Assembly (NCBI GenBank): GCA_045537485.1 | Contig: JAZSPQ010000005.1 | Coordinates: 45,810-109,809, forward strand | Direction of reading: 5' to 3' | From: Acutalibacteraceae bacterium | GTDB lineage: Bacteria > Bacillota > Clostridia > Oscillospirales > Acutalibacteraceae | Length of the DNA: 64,000 nucleotides | In this document: piece by piece, positions 10,197 through 20,893 of the stretch | Numbering within the stretch: the stretch's first letter is position 1 | Layout of the letters: each line of letters starts with the position of its first letter | Notes under the pieces: generated by a model | Told to the model about the DNA's origin: nothing | Database searches by the model: none | Seen by the model: the letters and a program-made list of their open reading frames with translations, nothing else | Program-made: the position numbers and the translations under genes

Positions 10197-10604
10197 ATGG
10201 CAGAAAAATCAGCAGGCGCAATTCTTGCATCAACAATTGAAAAAATCCGTGAGCTTGTGGATACAAGCACAATTATCGGAGAACCCATCTACGCGGAGGG
10301 CGGCACAACAATAATCCCTGTTTCAAAAGTTACATACGGCTTTGCTTCAGGCGGTGCTGATTTCCCCTCGAAGAGCACAAAAGAACTTTTCGGTGGCGGC
10401 GGTGGAGCCGGCGTGACAATCACTCCTGTTGCATTCCTTGTTATCAACGGCGGAGAAGTAACTCTCAAGCACATTACCGCTTATGATAATGCAGCTGAAA
10501 GAGTGGTAAATCTCGTGCCTGAAATGTTCGATAAGGTAACAGGTCTTATGAATAAGGCTAAGAAGGACGCAACTCCTGCTGAGGTTACCGAAGAACAGGC
10601 ATAA
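10197..10604 (+). CDS. GerW (YtfJ) family sporulation protein
   Basis: Motifs IIPVSKVTYGFASGG and GGGGGAGVTITPVAFLV are typical of the GerW/YtfJ family. Confidence 0.8.
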   Translation: MAEKSAGAILASTIEKIRELVDTSTIIGEPIYAEGGTTIIPVSKVTYGFASGGADFPSKSTKELFGGGGGAGVTITPVAFLVINGGEVTLKHITAYDNAAERVVNLVPEMFDKVTGLMNKAKKDATPAEVTEEQA

Positions 10605-10628
10605 TTTCACAAAGCTATAATTTTAATA

Positions 10629-10670
10629 CAACCGCCTGCATATCATATATTGGCAGGTGGTTGCTTTGTT
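10629..10670 (+). terminator. putative intrinsic terminator after the gerW-like gene
   Basis: Stem CAACCGCCTGC (10629-10639) pairs with GCAGGTGGTTG (10653-10663), including one G-U pair, and is followed by CTTTGTT. The 3' arm contains the SD of the next gene. Confidence 0.45.
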
Positions 10671-11787
10671 AATTAAAAAAATATCTTTAATTCTGTTTAT
10701 CGCAATATTATTTTCATTCAAGGTGTATTCTGTTGAACCTCCCGTTACGAGTGCCCGTTCAGCTGTTGTTATTGACAGCAATACAAATGAGGTTATTTAT
10801 CAGAAAAATATGTCTGATATGCTCTCAATGGCAAGTACGACAAAAATTATGACAAGTATACTTGCTGTTGAATCGGGTAAGCTTCATTGTACGGTTAAGG
10901 CTGAAAGAGACGTGGTGTGTGAAGGTACTTCAATCGGGATAAAAAAAGGGGACTGCTTTACTCTTGAAACCCTGGTGTGGGCAATGCTTCTTGAATCGGG
11001 AAACGATGCAGCTGTACTTACAGCCGAATATCTTGCCGGCAGTGAAGAAGATTTTGCGGTTATGATGAATGAAAAAGCTGCTGAAATCGGAATGGAGAAC
11101 ACAAATTTTGTCACTGCCTCCGGTCTTGATGACGAGGAGCACTTTTCAACGGCTTACGATATGGCGCTTCTTGCTTCTTATGCCATCAAAAATCCCATAT
11201 TCAGGCAGATGTGTTCGTCACAAAGCTATTCAGCCCGATATGTTTCTCCGGATATATCGGTTACTTATTCGAATCATAACAGACTTCTCGATATGTACGA
11301 AGGCGTTTTCGGTGTAAAAACCGGATTCACTAAAAAAAGCGGCAGATGCCTTGTTTCTGCCTGCGAAAGAGACGGTGTAACGCTCGTTGCGGTAACATTA
11401 AAAGCTCCGGATGATTGGAACGATCACAAAAAAATGTATGATTACGGCTTTGCTGTATCGAAATTAAATCCCATCGAAACTGAGCTGCCGCAGAGTCTTG
11501 CTGTATACGGAGGAGAAAAAGCCTCCGTTTCACTTAGAGGGCCTGAAATAAACATCAACAACTTTAATGACAGCACTGTAACTTACCGTGTGCACATACC
11601 TGATTTTCTATATGCACCGATAGCGGAAAATGACAAAATCGGTACGCTTACGCTGTATATTAACAACAAAAAAGTTGATGAATATCCGATAACAGCCGCA
11701 GAGAGTGTTGGTATAACAGAAGGAAAGAAATCTCCCGAATATAACTTATTTGACAAATTAAAATACTTCTTATCAGAATTATTTTGA
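10666..11787 (+). CDS. D-alanyl-D-alanine carboxypeptidase (S11, DacB-like)
   Basis: Signal peptide, SxxK (ASTTK), SGN and KTG (VKTGFT) motifs. TTG 10666 has an AGGTGG SD 5 nt upstream. The GTG at 10657 given in the ORF track is also possible. Confidence 0.85.
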   Translation: MLIKKISLILFIAILFSFKVYSVEPPVTSARSAVVIDSNTNEVIYQKNMSDMLSMASTTKIMTSILAVESGKLHCTVKAERDVVCEGTSIGIKKGDCFTLETLVWAMLLESGNDAAVLTAEYLAGSEEDFAVMMNEKAAEIGMENTNFVTASGLDDEEHFSTAYDMALLASYAIKNPIFRQMCSSQSYSARYVSPDISVTYSNHNRLLDMYEGVFGVKTGFTKKSGRCLVSACERDGVTLVAVTLKAPDDWNDHKKMYDYGFAVSKLNPIETELPQSLAVYGGEKASVSLRGPEININNFNDSTVTYRVHIPDFLYAPIAENDKIGTLTLYINNKKVDEYPITAAESVGITEGKKSPEYNLFDKLKYFLSELF

Positions 11788-11802
11788 AAGGATGAAATAT
11801 AA

Positions 11803-12546
11803 ATGACAGACGGTAAAGTCAGGCTGCAAAAATTTCTCGCTGAAAGCGGAGTTGCTTCAAGAAGAAAAAGTGAGGAGCTGATAGAAAGCGGTAAGGTCAA
11901 GGTTAACGGTCGCGTCGCATCAATCGGTGATAAGGTCAACCCAAAGAGAGACACTGTAACTGTCAGCGGTAAAAAAATTATCAAGCAAAAGGAAAACACA
12001 TACATCGTCTTGCATAAGCCCAGAGGTTTCATTACAACCATGAGCGATGAAATGGATAGAAAGTGTGTTGCTGAGCTTATTAAAGATGTAAAGTGCAGAG
12101 TTTTCCCTGTGGGCAGACTTGACAGAGATTCTGAAGGTATGCTTTTATTCACGAACGACGGTGAGTTCGCCAATGCAATGACACATCCTACTAAGCATGT
12201 TCCGAAAACCTACCGTGTAACCGTTAGACCTTCAATCAGCGAGGATCAGTTAACGGCTCTCGCAACCGGTGTTATTATTGACGACAGAAAAACAGCACCT
12301 GCCGAGGTTCGTGTTGTTACCAAAGAAGAAAACAGAGTTGTGCTTGAGATTATTCTTTACGAAGGCAGAAACAGACAGATAAGAAAGATGTGCGAAGAGG
12401 TGGGTCTTGAGGTTGCAAGACTTAAAAGAACCGCTATCGGTTCAATAAAGCTCGGTATGCTTAAGCAAGGAGCCTGGCGCCATCTTACCGAAGATGAAGT
12501 GAGAAAGCTTATGATTGCCGCAGGAATGGAAAGAAAGAAGAAATAA
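11803..12546 (+). CDS. rluB: 23S rRNA pseudouridine synthase (RsuA/RluB family)
   Basis: N-terminal S4 domain (RLQKFLAESGVASRR) and catalytic motif GRLDRDSEG. Confidence 0.85.
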   Translation: MTDGKVRLQKFLAESGVASRRKSEELIESGKVKVNGRVASIGDKVNPKRDTVTVSGKKIIKQKENTYIVLHKPRGFITTMSDEMDRKCVAELIKDVKCRVFPVGRLDRDSEGMLLFTNDGEFANAMTHPTKHVPKTYRVTVRPSISEDQLTALATGVIIDDRKTAPAEVRVVTKEENRVVLEIILYEGRNRQIRKMCEEVGLEVARLKRTAIGSIKLGMLKQGAWRHLTEDEVRKLMIAAGMERKKK

Positions 12547-12547
12547 T

Positions 12548-12889
12548 ATGATATATTTTGAGCATAGATTTATTGATTCTGACAATAAAATTGCAGAATT
12601 TTTTGCAATTGAAAACGGTGAAAACTTAGGTGAATGTACTCTTTTTTTAGCCGGAAATTTTGCTGAGGTCACAAAAGTGATCTTCGCCGATAATAAAGAA
12701 TTTATCGTTGAGGGTCTTTTAAAAGCTGCTTTTAATTTTGCTGCAAACAGAAATTATTACATGGGCAGATGCAATGTATGCGGCATTGAGTTTTGCCTTG
12801 ACAGAATGAACTTTTCCAAGACTGAAAACGGCTATGAAAACGATATACCGTCAATACTTGCAGGAAGCTGCAAAAACTGCTGTAAATGA
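12548..12889 (+). CDS. hypothetical 113-aa protein with a Cys-rich C-terminus
   Basis: ORF from ATG 12548, directly after the rluB stop. It contains CNVCG...C and a C-terminal SCKNCCK. I recognise no family. Confidence 0.5.
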   Translation: MIYFEHRFIDSDNKIAEFFAIENGENLGECTLFLAGNFAEVTKVIFADNKEFIVEGLLKAAFNFAANRNYYMGRCNVCGIEFCLDRMNFSKTENGYENDIPSILAGSCKNCCK

Positions 12890-12902
12890 TTGCGTTTTTT
12901 GT

Positions 12903-12931
12903 TTGACAAACGAAGCAAAACAATATATAAT
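12903..12931 (+). promoter_or_regulatory. consensus sigma-A type promoter upstream of the yicC cluster
   Basis: TTGACA (12903-12908), a 17-nt spacer, then TATAAT (12926-12931), about 55 nt upstream of the yicC ATG. Confidence 0.7.
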
Positions 12932-12987
12932 TAAAAGGATAAGTTTATACTTTAATAACAGTTATCTGTTTGGAGGAATAGTATAAT

Positions 12988-13866
12988 ATGATCAGAAGTA
13001 TGACAGGCTTCGGCAGAGCCCAGGAAATCGTTGACGGAATGAGCATTACCGTTGAGATGAAAAGTGTTAATCACAGATATTTTGATTTTTCATCAAGAGT
13101 ACCGAGAACCTTCGGTTTTCTTGATGAAAAGCTTAAAACATATATTCAGACCTATGTTTCAAGAGGGAAGATGGAATGCATTGTTCAAATTGAGGAACTT
13201 CAGGAAGAGGATTGTATCGTTTCCGTTAATCACTCTCTTGCTAAAGGATATATAAATGCTCTTAGAGAGCTTTGTGATACCTATGAGCTCAGAAATGATG
13301 TGACAGTATCATCTGTTGCAAGATACCATGATATTTTTTCAGTTCATAAAACTGAAGCTGATGAAGAACGTATATGGAACGCAGTTAAAAAGGTGACCGA
13401 TTCTGCACTTGATAACTTTATTTCAATGCGTGAGCGTGAGGGAGAAAAGCTCAAAAGGGATATTCTTTCACGATGTGACCTTATTATCGAAAATGTTGAA
13501 TTTATCGAAAAGCGTTCACCGCAGACGGTTATTGAATATAATGCTAAGCTTATCGAAAGAATGAGAAGCGTACTTGAAGATGTTAACGTTGACGAACAAC
13601 GTCTTCTTACCGAAGCTGCAATATACGCTGATAAAATTGCAGTTGCTGAGGAAACTGTACGTTTAAGGAGCCATATAAGCCAGATGCACGAGTTTATGGA
13701 TAGCTCATCAGCTGTAGGCAGAAAGATGGATTTTCTTGTTCAGGAATTCAACAGAGAGGCTAACACAATAGGTTCTAAGGCTCAGGATGTTGAAATAGCC
13801 CGCAAGGTAATTGACATTAAGGCTGAGGTTGAAAAAATCAGGGAACAGGTACAAAATATCGAATAA
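12988..13866 (+). CDS. yicC: YicC/YloC family stress-induced protein (endoribonuclease)
   Basis: N-terminus [11 protein letters not shown] and C-terminal [12 protein letters not shown] motif. GGAGG SD upstream. Confidence 0.9.
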   Translation: MIRSMTGFGRAQEIVDGMSITVEMKSVNHRYFDFSSRVPRTFGFLDEKLKTYIQTYVSRGKMECIVQIEELQEEDCIVSVNHSLAKGYINALRELCDTYELRNDVTVSSVARYHDIFSVHKTEADEERIWNAVKKVTDSALDNFISMREREGEKLKRDILSRCDLIIENVEFIEKRSPQTVIEYNAKLIERMRSVLEDVNVDEQRLLTEAAIYADKIAVAEETVRLRSHISQMHEFMDSSSAVGRKMDFLVQEFNREANTIGSKAQDVEIARKVIDIKAEVEKIREQVQNIE

Positions 13867-13879
13867 CAGGGTGAATACT

Positions 13880-14152
13880 ATGAAGTTGATAAATATTGGA
13901 TTCGGTAATATGATAAATGCGCAAAGACTTGTTGCTATTGTCAGCCCGGATTCCGCTCCTATTAAGCGTATCATTCAGGAGTGTAAAGAAAGAGGAACTC
14001 TGATTGATGCCACGCAGGGCAGACGCACAAGAGCGGTTATAATTATGGACAGTGACCATGTAATATTGACATATCTTCAGTGCGAAACCGTCGCAAACAG
14101 ACTCAACTCGGATGAGGACGAAATCGGAGTGGAGGAATGCGAAAATGAATGA
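13880..14152 (+). CDS. remA: RemA (DUF370) family regulator
   Basis: [30 protein letters not shown]...[18 protein letters not shown] is the typical RemA/YlzA sequence. Start moved to ATG 13880. Confidence 0.9.
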   Translation: MKLINIGFGNMINAQRLVAIVSPDSAPIKRIIQECKERGTLIDATQGRRTRAVIIMDSDHVILTYLQCETVANRLNSDEDEIGVEECENE

Positions 14153-14756
14153 GGGAATTTTGGTGGTCGTATCCGCCCCTTCGGGATGCGGTAAGGACAC
14201 AGTAGTTGCCAAGGTTCTCGAAAGAATGCCGGGGAAAGGCTTTCTTTCGGTTTCTATGACAACAAGAGCAATGCGTCCGGGTGAAACTCAGGGAGTTGAA
14301 TATATCTTTGTCAGCAAGGAGGAATTCCTTAAGCACATTGAAGACGGAGATATGCTTGAATATGCTACCTATGGCTCAAATATGTACGGAACTCCCATTA
14401 AGCCTGTGAAGGATATGCTGAAAAGCGGAAAGGTTGTTTTTCTTATTATCGAGGTTGAAGGCGGCGGAAATGTAAAAAGAGCATTCCCTGATGCTACAAA
14501 AATATTTATTATGCCACCTTCAATGCAGGAATTGGAAAGAAGACTGCGCGGCAGAAACACAGACAGCGAAGAAGCAATATGTAACAGACTTGAAATAGCA
14601 AAAAGAGAGCTTTTAAGAGCTGAAGAATATGATTTCGTGGTTGAAAACAATGAGCTTGATAAAGCTGTTGACGATGTGCTCACAATCATAAGGGCTCAGC
14701 AGCTCAGGATAGAAAAAATGAAAAATAATATAAAAGAGGTAATAAACAATGCTTAA
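14145..14756 (+). CDS. gmk: guanylate kinase
   Basis: P-loop [10 protein letters not shown] and motif [12 protein letters not shown] 14145 follows GGAGGA. Confidence 0.9.
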   Translation: MNEGILVVVSAPSGCGKDTVVAKVLERMPGKGFLSVSMTTRAMRPGETQGVEYIFVSKEEFLKHIEDGDMLEYATYGSNMYGTPIKPVKDMLKSGKVVFLIIEVEGGGNVKRAFPDATKIFIMPPSMQELERRLRGRNTDSEEAICNRLEIAKRELLRAEEYDFVVENNELDKAVDDVLTIIRAQQLRIEKMKNNIKEVINNA

Positions 14757-14958
14757 TCCCGATTTAAGAGACTTACTTAAAGACAACACAAGCCGCTATT
14801 CACTTGTAACAGCTGTTGCAAAGAGAGCAAGAGAGGTTTCCGAAAATCCCGTACTTAACGAAAAATGCGGCACAGAGAAACCTGTTTCATACGCACTCGA
14901 GGAATTTCTTGCAGGTAAGCTTGAAATCAGTGAGCCTGAGGAGATCAGAAACATCTAA
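14749..14958 (+). CDS. rpoZ: DNA-directed RNA polymerase subunit omega
   Basis: A 69-aa protein containing SRYSLVTAVAKRARE, in the conserved position after gmk. Confidence 0.85.
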   Translation: MLNPDLRDLLKDNTSRYSLVTAVAKRAREVSENPVLNEKCGTEKPVSYALEEFLAGKLEISEPEEIRNI

Positions 14959-14979
14959 CTAAAGAGGAAGTGAAATGAT

Positions 14980-17433
14980 ATGGAACATGTTTTGGCATTT
15001 GTAGCTGTCGAAAATGTTGCATATCATTTTGACATTTTATACGGCTACATTGTTCCCGATGAACTGAAAAAACGTGTTAAGCTCGGTTCTCGGGTGCTCG
15101 TCAGTTTTGGCAGAAGTAAAACCGTAAAAAGACAGGGAGTTGTTTTTGATTTTGGCAAGTCAGAAAGCACAAAAGGCTATAAAAAGCTGCTTTCGTTGAT
15201 TGATGATGAGACGCTTGTCAGCGATGAAATGCTGTCAGTTGCCCGTTTTTTAAAAGACAGGACCTTCTGCACATATTTTGAGGCTGTCAAGTCACAGATT
15301 CCGTCAGGCTTAAACTATAAAACCATTGTGAGATATCTTGCTAAAGATATGCCTTCTGATATCAGCCTGACAGGTACAGAAAAAGAAGTATATGATTATA
15401 TGCTTTCACTTGATGAGCCTGAGGATATGAAGTATATTTATTCAAAGCTCGGTCTTAGCAGCAAATGTGATGCTATTGAAAATCTCTTAAGAAAAGGCCT
15501 GATAATCAAGTCTTACACTGCAGTAAAGAAAATTGGTGCTGCAACAAACAAAACGGTTAATTTGCGCCTTTTTGGCGATGATCTTGACGCCGCATCCGCT
15601 AAGCTGACTAACAAACAAAAGGATATAGTCAATGTACTAAAAGATGTCGGTTGCTGCACCGTTAAAGAGCTCTGTTATTTCACCGGTGTGACTTCATCAG
15701 TTATAAACACACTGTGTAAAAAGGGAATTGTCAAAATAACAGATACAGTGTATTACAGAATTCCCGAAACTGCGCTTGAATATAAAAAAAGCAGTCAGCA
15801 GATTAAATTAACCGAAGAGCAGCAAAAAGCTTTCTTAGAGCTTAAAGATAAACTTGATACGGGTGGAGTTTCCCTGCTTTACGGTATAACGGGCAGCGGA
15901 AAAACATCGGTTTTCTTATCCTTGATTGATGAGGTTATATCCCGTAATAAACAGGTTATTGTCATGGTGCCTGAAATATCACTGACACCTCAGATGATGT
16001 CGATTTTTAAAGGCAGATACGGCGAAAAGGTAGCAATATTTCACAGCGCACTTTCAGTCGGCGAAAGAAGAGATGAATACAAAAGAGTTAAGAACGGACT
16101 GGTGCAGATAGCTGTCGGCACACGCTCAGCAGTATTTGCACCTTTTGATAATCTTGGACTGATTGTTATCGACGAAGAGCAGGAGCATACATATAAATCC
16201 GAGTCTTCACCAAGATATCACACGGTTGATGTGGCAAAATTCAGAGCGACACGACACAAGGCTTTATTACTGCTATCGTCAGCTACACCTTCGATTTCAA
16301 GCTTCTCCTATGCAAAGCAAGGAAAATATTCGCTTCATATACTTAAAGAAAGATATGGGAACGCTGTTTTACCTGATGTTGACCTGATTGATATGAAAGA
16401 GGACAGGAAAGCTGGCAACAGATACAATATCAGTTCACGCTTGCTTGAAATGCTTGAAAAAAATATTCAGGATAAAAAGCAGTCTATCCTTCTCATAAAC
16501 AGACGCGGATATAACACCTTCGTTGCCTGTGACAGTTGCGGAAGTGTCGTTAACTGTCCTTCTTGCAGCATATCGATGACCTACCACAGTGCTAACAACA
16601 GACTGATGTGTCACTATTGCGGCTATTCAGCGCCGTTCACAAAAATCTGCAGCCAATGCGGCAAGGAGGATGTGCGCTACGCCGGTTACGGTACCCAAAA
16701 AATCGAAGAAGAGCTTTCAATGCTTTTGCCGGAAGCGAGAATACTTAGGATGGATACGGATACCACTTCCTCGAGACATTCCTTTGAGAAGGGACTTATA
16801 GATTTCGGTGAAGGTAAATATGATATAATGCTAGGCACCCAGATGGTAGCAAAGGGACTTAATTTTGAAAACGTAACTGTTGTCGGTGTTATAAACGCCG
16901 ATCAGCAGCTCAATAACGATGACTTCAGAAGTGAGGAAAGAACTTTCGACTTACTGACACAGGTTGTCGGCAGATCAGGCAGAGGCTCATTTAAGGGCAC
17001 TGCAGTTATCCAGACCTTAACACCTGAAAATCATATAATACAGCTTGCACAGAAACAGGATTTCGAAAGCTTTTTCAGCAATGAAATTATAATAAGAAAA
17101 GCTCTTGTATATCCGCCATACTGCGATATGTGCGTTATAAGCTTTTTAGGTGAAAATGAGGTGAAAACGCTGAACTGTGCGAGAGCATTTTTTAGCAGTT
17201 TTCAGGGAAAGATTGAAAGCAAATACAGTAGTCTAAAGGTTATTGTTCTCGGTCCGTTGCCTGCAAGAATAGCTAAAATGAATAATAAATTCCGGTACAG
17301 GTTAATAATTAAATGTAAAAACAGTAAAAGCTTCAGGGAGTTGATTTCTGAATTGCTTGTTGAATTCGGAAAGAACAGCAGCTTTTCCGATATCAGCGTT
17401 TCTGCAGATATTAATCCTGAAAATATGATGTAA
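14980..17433 (+). CDS. priA: primosomal replication protein N' (helicase PriA)
   Basis: Walker A GITGSGKT, DEEH box (VIDEEQEH), and Cys-rich zinc region CDSCG...CPSC...CHYCG...CSQCG. Confidence 0.95.
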   Translation: MEHVLAFVAVENVAYHFDILYGYIVPDELKKRVKLGSRVLVSFGRSKTVKRQGVVFDFGKSESTKGYKKLLSLIDDETLVSDEMLSVARFLKDRTFCTYFEAVKSQIPSGLNYKTIVRYLAKDMPSDISLTGTEKEVYDYMLSLDEPEDMKYIYSKLGLSSKCDAIENLLRKGLIIKSYTAVKKIGAATNKTVNLRLFGDDLDAASAKLTNKQKDIVNVLKDVGCCTVKELCYFTGVTSSVINTLCKKGIVKITDTVYYRIPETALEYKKSSQQIKLTEEQQKAFLELKDKLDTGGVSLLYGITGSGKTSVFLSLIDEVISRNKQVIVMVPEISLTPQMMSIFKGRYGEKVAIFHSALSVGERRDEYKRVKNGLVQIAVGTRSAVFAPFDNLGLIVIDEEQEHTYKSESSPRYHTVDVAKFRATRHKALLLLSSATPSISSFSYAKQGKYSLHILKERYGNAVLPDVDLIDMKEDRKAGNRYNISSRLLEMLEKNIQDKKQSILLINRRGYNTFVACDSCGSVVNCPSCSISMTYHSANNRLMCHYCGYSAPFTKICSQCGKEDVRYAGYGTQKIEEELSMLLPEARILRMDTDTTSSRHSFEKGLIDFGEGKYDIMLGTQMVAKGLNFENVTVVGVINADQQLNNDDFRSEERTFDLLTQVVGRSGRGSFKGTAVIQTLTPENHIIQLAQKQDFESFFSNEIIIRKALVYPPYCDMCVISFLGENEVKTLNCARAFFSSFQGKIESKYSSLKVIVLGPLPARIAKMNNKFRYRLIIKCKNSKSFRELISELLVEFGKNSSFSDISVSADINPENMM

Positions 17434-17449
17434 ATTAGGAGCAAATATT

Positions 17450-17923
17450 ATGGCAATAAGAAAAGTTGTAACTTCAGAAGATCCGATTTTAAGAAAAACA
17501 AGCCGAAGGGTTGAAAATTTTAATGAAAGACTTTGGACGCTTATCGATGATATGAAAGAAACTATGTATAAGGCTGATGGTGTTGGACTTGCAGCTGTAC
17601 AGGTAGGCATACTGAAAAGAGTTGTCGTTATAGATGTCGGAGATGGCTTTATGGAGCTTGTTAATCCTGAAATTATTGAAACCTCAGGGGAGGTTAAGGA
17701 TACAGAGGGATGTCTTTCGGTGCCGGGAGAGAACGGTGTTGTCGCAAGACCTGAGTATGTAAAAATTAAAGCTCAGAACCGTGAAGGTGTTTGGCGCAGA
17801 TATGAAGGAACAGGACTGAAAGCACGTTGCTTCTGCCACGAAATAGACCACCTTGACGGAATTTTATATACAGATAAGGTTATTAAAGAGGTTACGGCAG
17901 AAGACATAAAAAACGATAAATAA
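17450..17923 (+). CDS. def: peptide deformylase
   Basis: Motifs GVGLAAVQ, EGCLS and HEIDHL. Confidence 0.95.
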   Translation: MAIRKVVTSEDPILRKTSRRVENFNERLWTLIDDMKETMYKADGVGLAAVQVGILKRVVVIDVGDGFMELVNPEIIETSGEVKDTEGCLSVPGENGVVARPEYVKIKAQNREGVWRRYEGTGLKARCFCHEIDHLDGILYTDKVIKEVTAEDIKNDK

Positions 17924-17935
17924 CAGGAAGGTGAT

Positions 17936-18871
17936 ATGATGCGTATAGCATTTATGGGTACACCCGATTTTTCGGTTGACTGCTTAAAAGCTTTGATAGA
18001 TTCTGAACACGACATTGTAGGTGTATTCTGTCAGCCCGACAAACCGGTTGGCAGAAAACAGGTTTTAACACCTCCGGATGTTAAGGTTGAGGCACTTAAG
18101 CATGATTTAAAAATTTTTCAACCTGCAAGTCTCAAAAACGGAAAAGGTGTCGAAATTCTTGAAAAAATCCAACCGGAGCTTGTTGTAGTTGTTGCATACG
18201 GCAAAATTTTGCCAAAGGATTTTCTTGATTTTCCGAAATACGGTTGTATAAACATACACGCATCTGTTTTGCCTAAATACAGAGGTGCTTCACCGATACA
18301 TTTCGCTGTGTTAAACGGAGATAAGACAACGGGAGTCACAGCGCAGCTGATGGATGAGGGTGTTGATACAGGCGATATTCTGAATGTGGCCACGGTTGAA
18401 ATCGGTGAAAATGATACAACCGAATACATGTATGAAGTACTGGCTCCGTTAGGCGCAAGAGTTCTTATGGAAACTATAGAACTTCTTGAAAAAGGTGAGT
18501 TAAAGCCTGTTAAACAAGATGACTCCAAAGCTTCAAATGTGGGACTTCTTTCAAAGGATATGAGTAACATCGATTGGAGCTGTTCCGCTTTTGAAATTCA
18601 TAATAAAATCAGAGGTCTTTATTCATGGCCCGGAGCTTCAACAGTTCTTGGTGGAAAAACTTTAAAGCTTCATTCATCTTTTTTATCAGATAAAAAAGGG
18701 AATAATAAACCCGGAGAAGTTATTGAAAACTCAAATAAGCTTGTTGTTGCATGTGGCGACAACAAATGTGTTGAAATCACTGAACTTCAGTTGGAGGGAA
18801 AGAAGCGAATGAGTGCTTCTGCATTTCTCAACGGATATTCAGTTGAAAAAGGACTTATTTTAGGAAAATGA
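17936..18871 (+). CDS. fmt: methionyl-tRNA formyltransferase
   Basis: Motifs FMGTPDFSV and NIHASVLPKYRGASPI, in the position after def. Confidence 0.95.
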   Translation: MMRIAFMGTPDFSVDCLKALIDSEHDIVGVFCQPDKPVGRKQVLTPPDVKVEALKHDLKIFQPASLKNGKGVEILEKIQPELVVVVAYGKILPKDFLDFPKYGCINIHASVLPKYRGASPIHFAVLNGDKTTGVTAQLMDEGVDTGDILNVATVEIGENDTTEYMYEVLAPLGARVLMETIELLEKGELKPVKQDDSKASNVGLLSKDMSNIDWSCSAFEIHNKIRGLYSWPGASTVLGGKTLKLHSSFLSDKKGNNKPGEVIENSNKLVVACGDNKCVEITELQLEGKKRMSASAFLNGYSVEKGLILGK

Positions 18872-18881
18872 AGGTGATTTT

Positions 18882-19565
18882 GTGTTTTGGTACGACTATT
18901 ATTATATAATTCTTGTAGTTCCCGCACTGATTCTCTCGCTTATCGCTCAGGCGAATGTAAAAAGTGTTTATAAGAAGATGTCAGCGGTAAACAACAGAAA
19001 GAGATTATCAGGTGCTCAGGCGGCATACAACGTTCTCAGCTTTGCAGGGCTGGGAAACACCGTTAAAATCGAGTGCATCAGGGGTAATTTAACCGATCAC
19101 TATGATCCGAGAGCAAATGTTGTCCGTTTATCTCAGGCGGTTTATAACGGAACTTCAATAGCGAGCATAGGTATTGCCTGTCACGAGGTTGGTCATGCCA
19201 TTCAGCACGCTACGGGCTACGCCCCCATTAAGATAAGAAATGCTATTTTACCTGTAGCTAATTTCGGCTCAAGCGCAGGCTTCTTTATTGCGATTATAGG
19301 TTACTTTATGGGTGCGCCGCTTATAGTAAATATCGGTGTAATTCTTTTTGCTTGTGTTGTACTCTTTCAGCTTGTTACTTTGCCCGTGGAATTCAATGCA
19401 AGCAGAAGAGCAATGTCACTTATTGCAGAAAAAGGACTTCTGTATGAGGACGAGTTGCCCGGTGCAAGAAAGGTTCTTACCGCCGCTGCAATGACTTATG
19501 TGGCCGCATTGATTGTGTCAATTATGTCACTTTTAAGATTGATTTTAAGAACAAGAAGAGATTAA
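18882..19565 (+). CDS. membrane zinc metallopeptidase (YugP / Zn_peptidase_2 family)
   Basis: HEVGHAIQH motif with flanking TM helices. GTG start after AGGTGA. Confidence 0.75.
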   Translation: MFWYDYYYIILVVPALILSLIAQANVKSVYKKMSAVNNRKRLSGAQAAYNVLSFAGLGNTVKIECIRGNLTDHYDPRANVVRLSQAVYNGTSIASIGIACHEVGHAIQHATGYAPIKIRNAILPVANFGSSAGFFIAIIGYFMGAPLIVNIGVILFACVVLFQLVTLPVEFNASRRAMSLIAEKGLLYEDELPGARKVLTAAAMTYVAALIVSIMSLLRLILRTRRD

Positions 19566-19581
19566 AGAAAAGAGAATTCTA

Positions 19582-20889
19582 ATGGCAAATGCAAGGCAGA
19601 TTGCTTTTGAAGCACTTTTAAAAACAGAGAAAAATAATGCCTATTCAAATATAGCGCTTGACGGTTTTCTTTCAAAAACAAAACTTGACACAAGAGATAA
19701 AGCTTTTGTGTCTGCTTTGTTTTACGGAACTATTGAAAGAAAAATAACAATCGACTACCAGCTCGGACTTTATCTAAGCAAGCCTATTAAAAAGCTCAAG
19801 CCTGAGGTGCTTGTAATTTTAGAATTGGGTGCGTATCAGATTTTGTATATGGATAAGGTACCTTCATCTGCAGCGGTAAATGAGAGTGTCATTCTTGCGA
19901 AAAAGAATGGCTGCGCCTTTGCAGGCGGTCTTATAAATGCAGTACTCAGAAAAATTGTTTCCAACGGTGTAACTTTACCTGCCGAAAATAACTTCGCAGA
20001 ATATTTAAGTGTTAAATATTCTTGCCCTACCGAGCATATCGATGTCTGGATAGAGGAGTTAGGAGTCAATGATACAGTAGCATTCCTTGAAAGTACTCTT
20101 GGCAGTGCGGATATAAATATTAGAGTAAACACACAGAAAACCAATTCGAAGGCACTTGTTGCAATACTCGAAAAAGAAGGTGTGGCATCCGAAAAAACGT
20201 ATCTTGAAAATTGTCTTGCGCTAAATCTGAAGGGTAAGGATATAGAAACGCTTGATTCCTTTAAAAACGGTCTTTATCACGTTCAGGACTTGTCCTGTCA
20301 ACTGTGTGCAATGGCGCTTGTAGCCAAAGAAGGCCAGCGTGTATTTGATATGTGTTCGGCACCGGGCGGAAAAGCTTTCACAGTTGCTCAGCTCATGAAC
20401 GACAACGGAGAGGTTCACTGCTTCGATATACACGGAAGCCGTGTTGAATTAATCAAAAACGGAGCTGAAAGATTAGGCCTTAAAAGTATTTTCGCTTCGG
20501 TTTCCGATGCATCGGTTTACAATGAAAAACACGGTTTTGCTGATGCTGTTTTATGTGATGCGCCTTGTTCCGGTCTCGGAATTATCAGGAGAAAGCCTGA
20601 AATCAAGTATAAAAGCCTTGAATCGATATCAGAACTGCCAAGCATTCAGTTGAACATACTCAAAAATGCATCAAGATATGTTAAGCCCGGCGGAATATTG
20701 CTTTATTCTACCTGTACTCTTCTAAAAAGAGAAAATGAAGATGTTTGCAATAAATTTTTAGATTTAAACAGTGATTTTGAATCGATTAATACTCTTACTG
20801 ATATTTCTGATAAAAAATATATAACATTATTACCGCATAAAAACGGTGGAGACGGATTTTTTATCGCTGTTTTCAAGAGAAAAGGATGA
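19582..20889 (+). CDS. rsmB: 16S rRNA (cytosine967-C5)-methyltransferase
   Basis: N-terminal NusB-like domain, SAM motif DMCSAPGGK, catalytic DAPCSG and STCT. Confidence 0.9.
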   Translation: MANARQIAFEALLKTEKNNAYSNIALDGFLSKTKLDTRDKAFVSALFYGTIERKITIDYQLGLYLSKPIKKLKPEVLVILELGAYQILYMDKVPSSAAVNESVILAKKNGCAFAGGLINAVLRKIVSNGVTLPAENNFAEYLSVKYSCPTEHIDVWIEELGVNDTVAFLESTLGSADINIRVNTQKTNSKALVAILEKEGVASEKTYLENCLALNLKGKDIETLDSFKNGLYHVQDLSCQLCAMALVAKEGQRVFDMCSAPGGKAFTVAQLMNDNGEVHCFDIHGSRVELIKNGAERLGLKSIFASVSDASVYNEKHGFADAVLCDAPCSGLGIIRRKPEIKYKSLESISELPSIQLNILKNASRYVKPGGILLYSTCTLLKRENEDVCNKFLDLNSDFESINTLTDISDKKYITLLPHKNGGDGFFIAVFKRKG

Positions 20890-20893
20890 TTAA

